Shown: positions 63,014-64,000 of the stretch, piece after piece
Layout of the letters: the number at the start of each line of letters is the position of its first letter
Position numbering within the stretch: the stretch's first letter is position 1
Origin: Candidatus Bathyarchaeota archaeon
GTDB taxonomy: Archaea; Thermoproteota; CALKCG01; B24
DNA length: 64,000 nucleotides
NCBI GenBank assembly: GCA_018396755.1
Contig: JAGTQM010000002.1
Coordinates: forward strand, 91,609-155,608
Reading direction: 5' to 3'
Program-made: the position numbers and the translations under genes
Notes under the pieces: generated by a model
What the model saw: the letters and a program-made list of their open reading frames with translations, nothing else
Told to the model about the DNA's origin: nothing
Database searches by the model: none

Positions 63014-64000
63014 TTAACTTATTTGAATCGTTACCTCCATCTTTGTATCAGTATACTTATAGGTTATTGTCCCTATTCTGGTTGATTCATCGAATATCCA
63101 ATCTACATCCTCTTTCAACGTCTTAGAATTGAATACAACTTCCCTAGGCTTCTCTGGAGAATATATTTTAAGAAGTGCTTCTTGTCCTTCTGGACCTCTA
63201 GTTTTTACTATGAGCCTTCCATCTATGTATTCTTCAATCCATGGTCGAGTATTGTAGAGGACGTATTTCACGCCGTCTCGATGTCTGGTGATGGCGTATA
63301 CTTTAAACCTAAGACCTTCAAGAGCATCTTCAACCCCTTTTCCGGTTAAATCTCTTCCTTCAACTAATAATATGGGCTCTCCCAGAGTATTGACTACGTG
63401 ATATTTACACGTTGAACACCATCCGATTCTCTCTAAATCTACAGTCCACTTAAAGCCCTCTACAGGTTTATCTTCAACATTTGCTAGAACAACTAGAACC
63501 TTATCTTCGTTAAAGTAGACAGCGCTTTTCACAGCCTCATTTGAAGTTTTCACAAACCCAGCAGTGTAGTCTTTAAATTTGAACTGTGAAAGATCGAAAG
63601 CCCTGAAAGCCTCAAACAGAGCCAACACTGGTTCAGCTGCAAGACCTAAACTTTGCCATGGGAAAGCCCCTAATACTGAACATTTCGCACATAGGTCCCA
63701 AGTTGCTTTAACCGCGTCAACTGCTTGATAGAGGGGACATGGAATTTTAGATGCAACATTCATAAACCTGAGGTGTAGAGTGTTCGGTGGAAATCTTTCA
63801 AGTGGAGGTAACTCGCTCCACTCAGACCAATCCTCTAACATTATATGACCGTCAGCGTAGTTTTCCACAAGCACAGATGGGAACCAGCCAGATTGATGAA
63901 GCAATATTACGCCATCTTCTCCAACTAAGCTTCTGGTATACTCTAAGAATTCAATCAATTCGTCGATATTCGTATGATCCCCTCTACTATGATGTCTATT
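63014..64000 (-). CDS. Hypothetical protein (glycoside-hydrolase-like?), 5' end outside the window
   Basis: The frame stays open from the track's TTG start (63958) to the window end. >=328 aa; no motif securely recognised. Confidence 0.5.
   Translation of the reverse strand, partial: NRHHSRGDHTNIDELIEFLEYTRSLVGEDGVILLHQSGWFPSVLVENYADGHIMLEDWSEWSELPPLERFPPNTLHLRFMNVASKIPCPLYQAVDAVKATWDLCAKCSVLGAFPWQSLGLAAEPVLALFEAFRAFDLSQFKFKDYTAGFVKTSNEAVKSAVYFNEDKVLVVLANVEDKPVEGFKWTVDLERIGWCSTCKYHVVNTLGEPILLVEGRDLTGKGVEDALEGLRFKVYAITRHRDGVKYVLYNTRPWIEEYIDGRLIVKTRGPEGQEALLKIYSPEKPREVVFNSKTLKEDVDWIFDESTRIGTITYKYTDTKMEVTIQIS

Noticed and set aside
1-64000. CRISPR arrays, rRNA genes, or large tandem or dispersed repeats
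   Set aside because: No regularly spaced direct repeats or rRNA-like conserved stretches were seen while reading the intergenic regions. Only short dyads and the 19-nt imperfect repeats at 45835-45900 were found. A computational repeat search would be needed to exclude dispersed copies.

Overview
Chromosomal segment of an AT-rich, thermophile-like archaeon. TACK/Thermoproteota-like signals include archaeal uL3-uL4-uL23-uL2 and uS19, Pelota, a ~330-nt SRP (7S) RNA, archaeal-type NMNAT, an Ard1-type acetyltransferase and a tRNA with a non-canonical intron. First genes of units have TATA-like boxes ~30-37 nt upstream of the start codon; operon-internal genes use GGAGGTG-type Shine-Dalgarno sites with TTG/GTG starts. 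Most of the window is housekeeping: a same-strand string holding all three aromatic aminoacyl-tRNA synthetases (trpS-pheS-pheT, then tyrS), aspS, pyrB, pyrE, and a grx-like/nrdD/nrdG operon. Sugar and cofactor enzymes are also present (PfkB kinase, GH116, Ntn-asparaginase, Gfo/Idh/MocA, two URO-D-like proteins, MTA/SAH-deaminase-like amidohydrolase). Unusual parts: (1) a self-promoted HerA-family ATPase / NurA-family nuclease pair between uL2 and uS19 of the otherwise highly conserved ribosomal-protein string; (2) nrdD interrupted by two LAGLIDADG inteins (552 and 389 aa); (3) an ORF-free 395-bp spacer inside the aromatic aaRS string, with a 109-nt interrupted hairpin and a GC-rich nested-helix element whose G-U pairs favour the strand antisense to the synthetases; (4) two neighbouring modules that each pair a giant beta-sandwich surface protein with an ABC transporter; (5) an ABC exporter with an N-terminal PH-like domain, coupled to a DUF1854-like protein; (6) a perfect 30-bp palindrome over the TATA-to-ATG interval of an ECF-S-like/DUF4430-like pair; (7) decayed mobile DNA, namely a frameshifted tyrosine integrase and a frameshifted, truncated TnpB next to the tRNA. 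No rRNA genes or CRISPR arrays were seen. All calls rest on motif recognition by eye; no searches were run.
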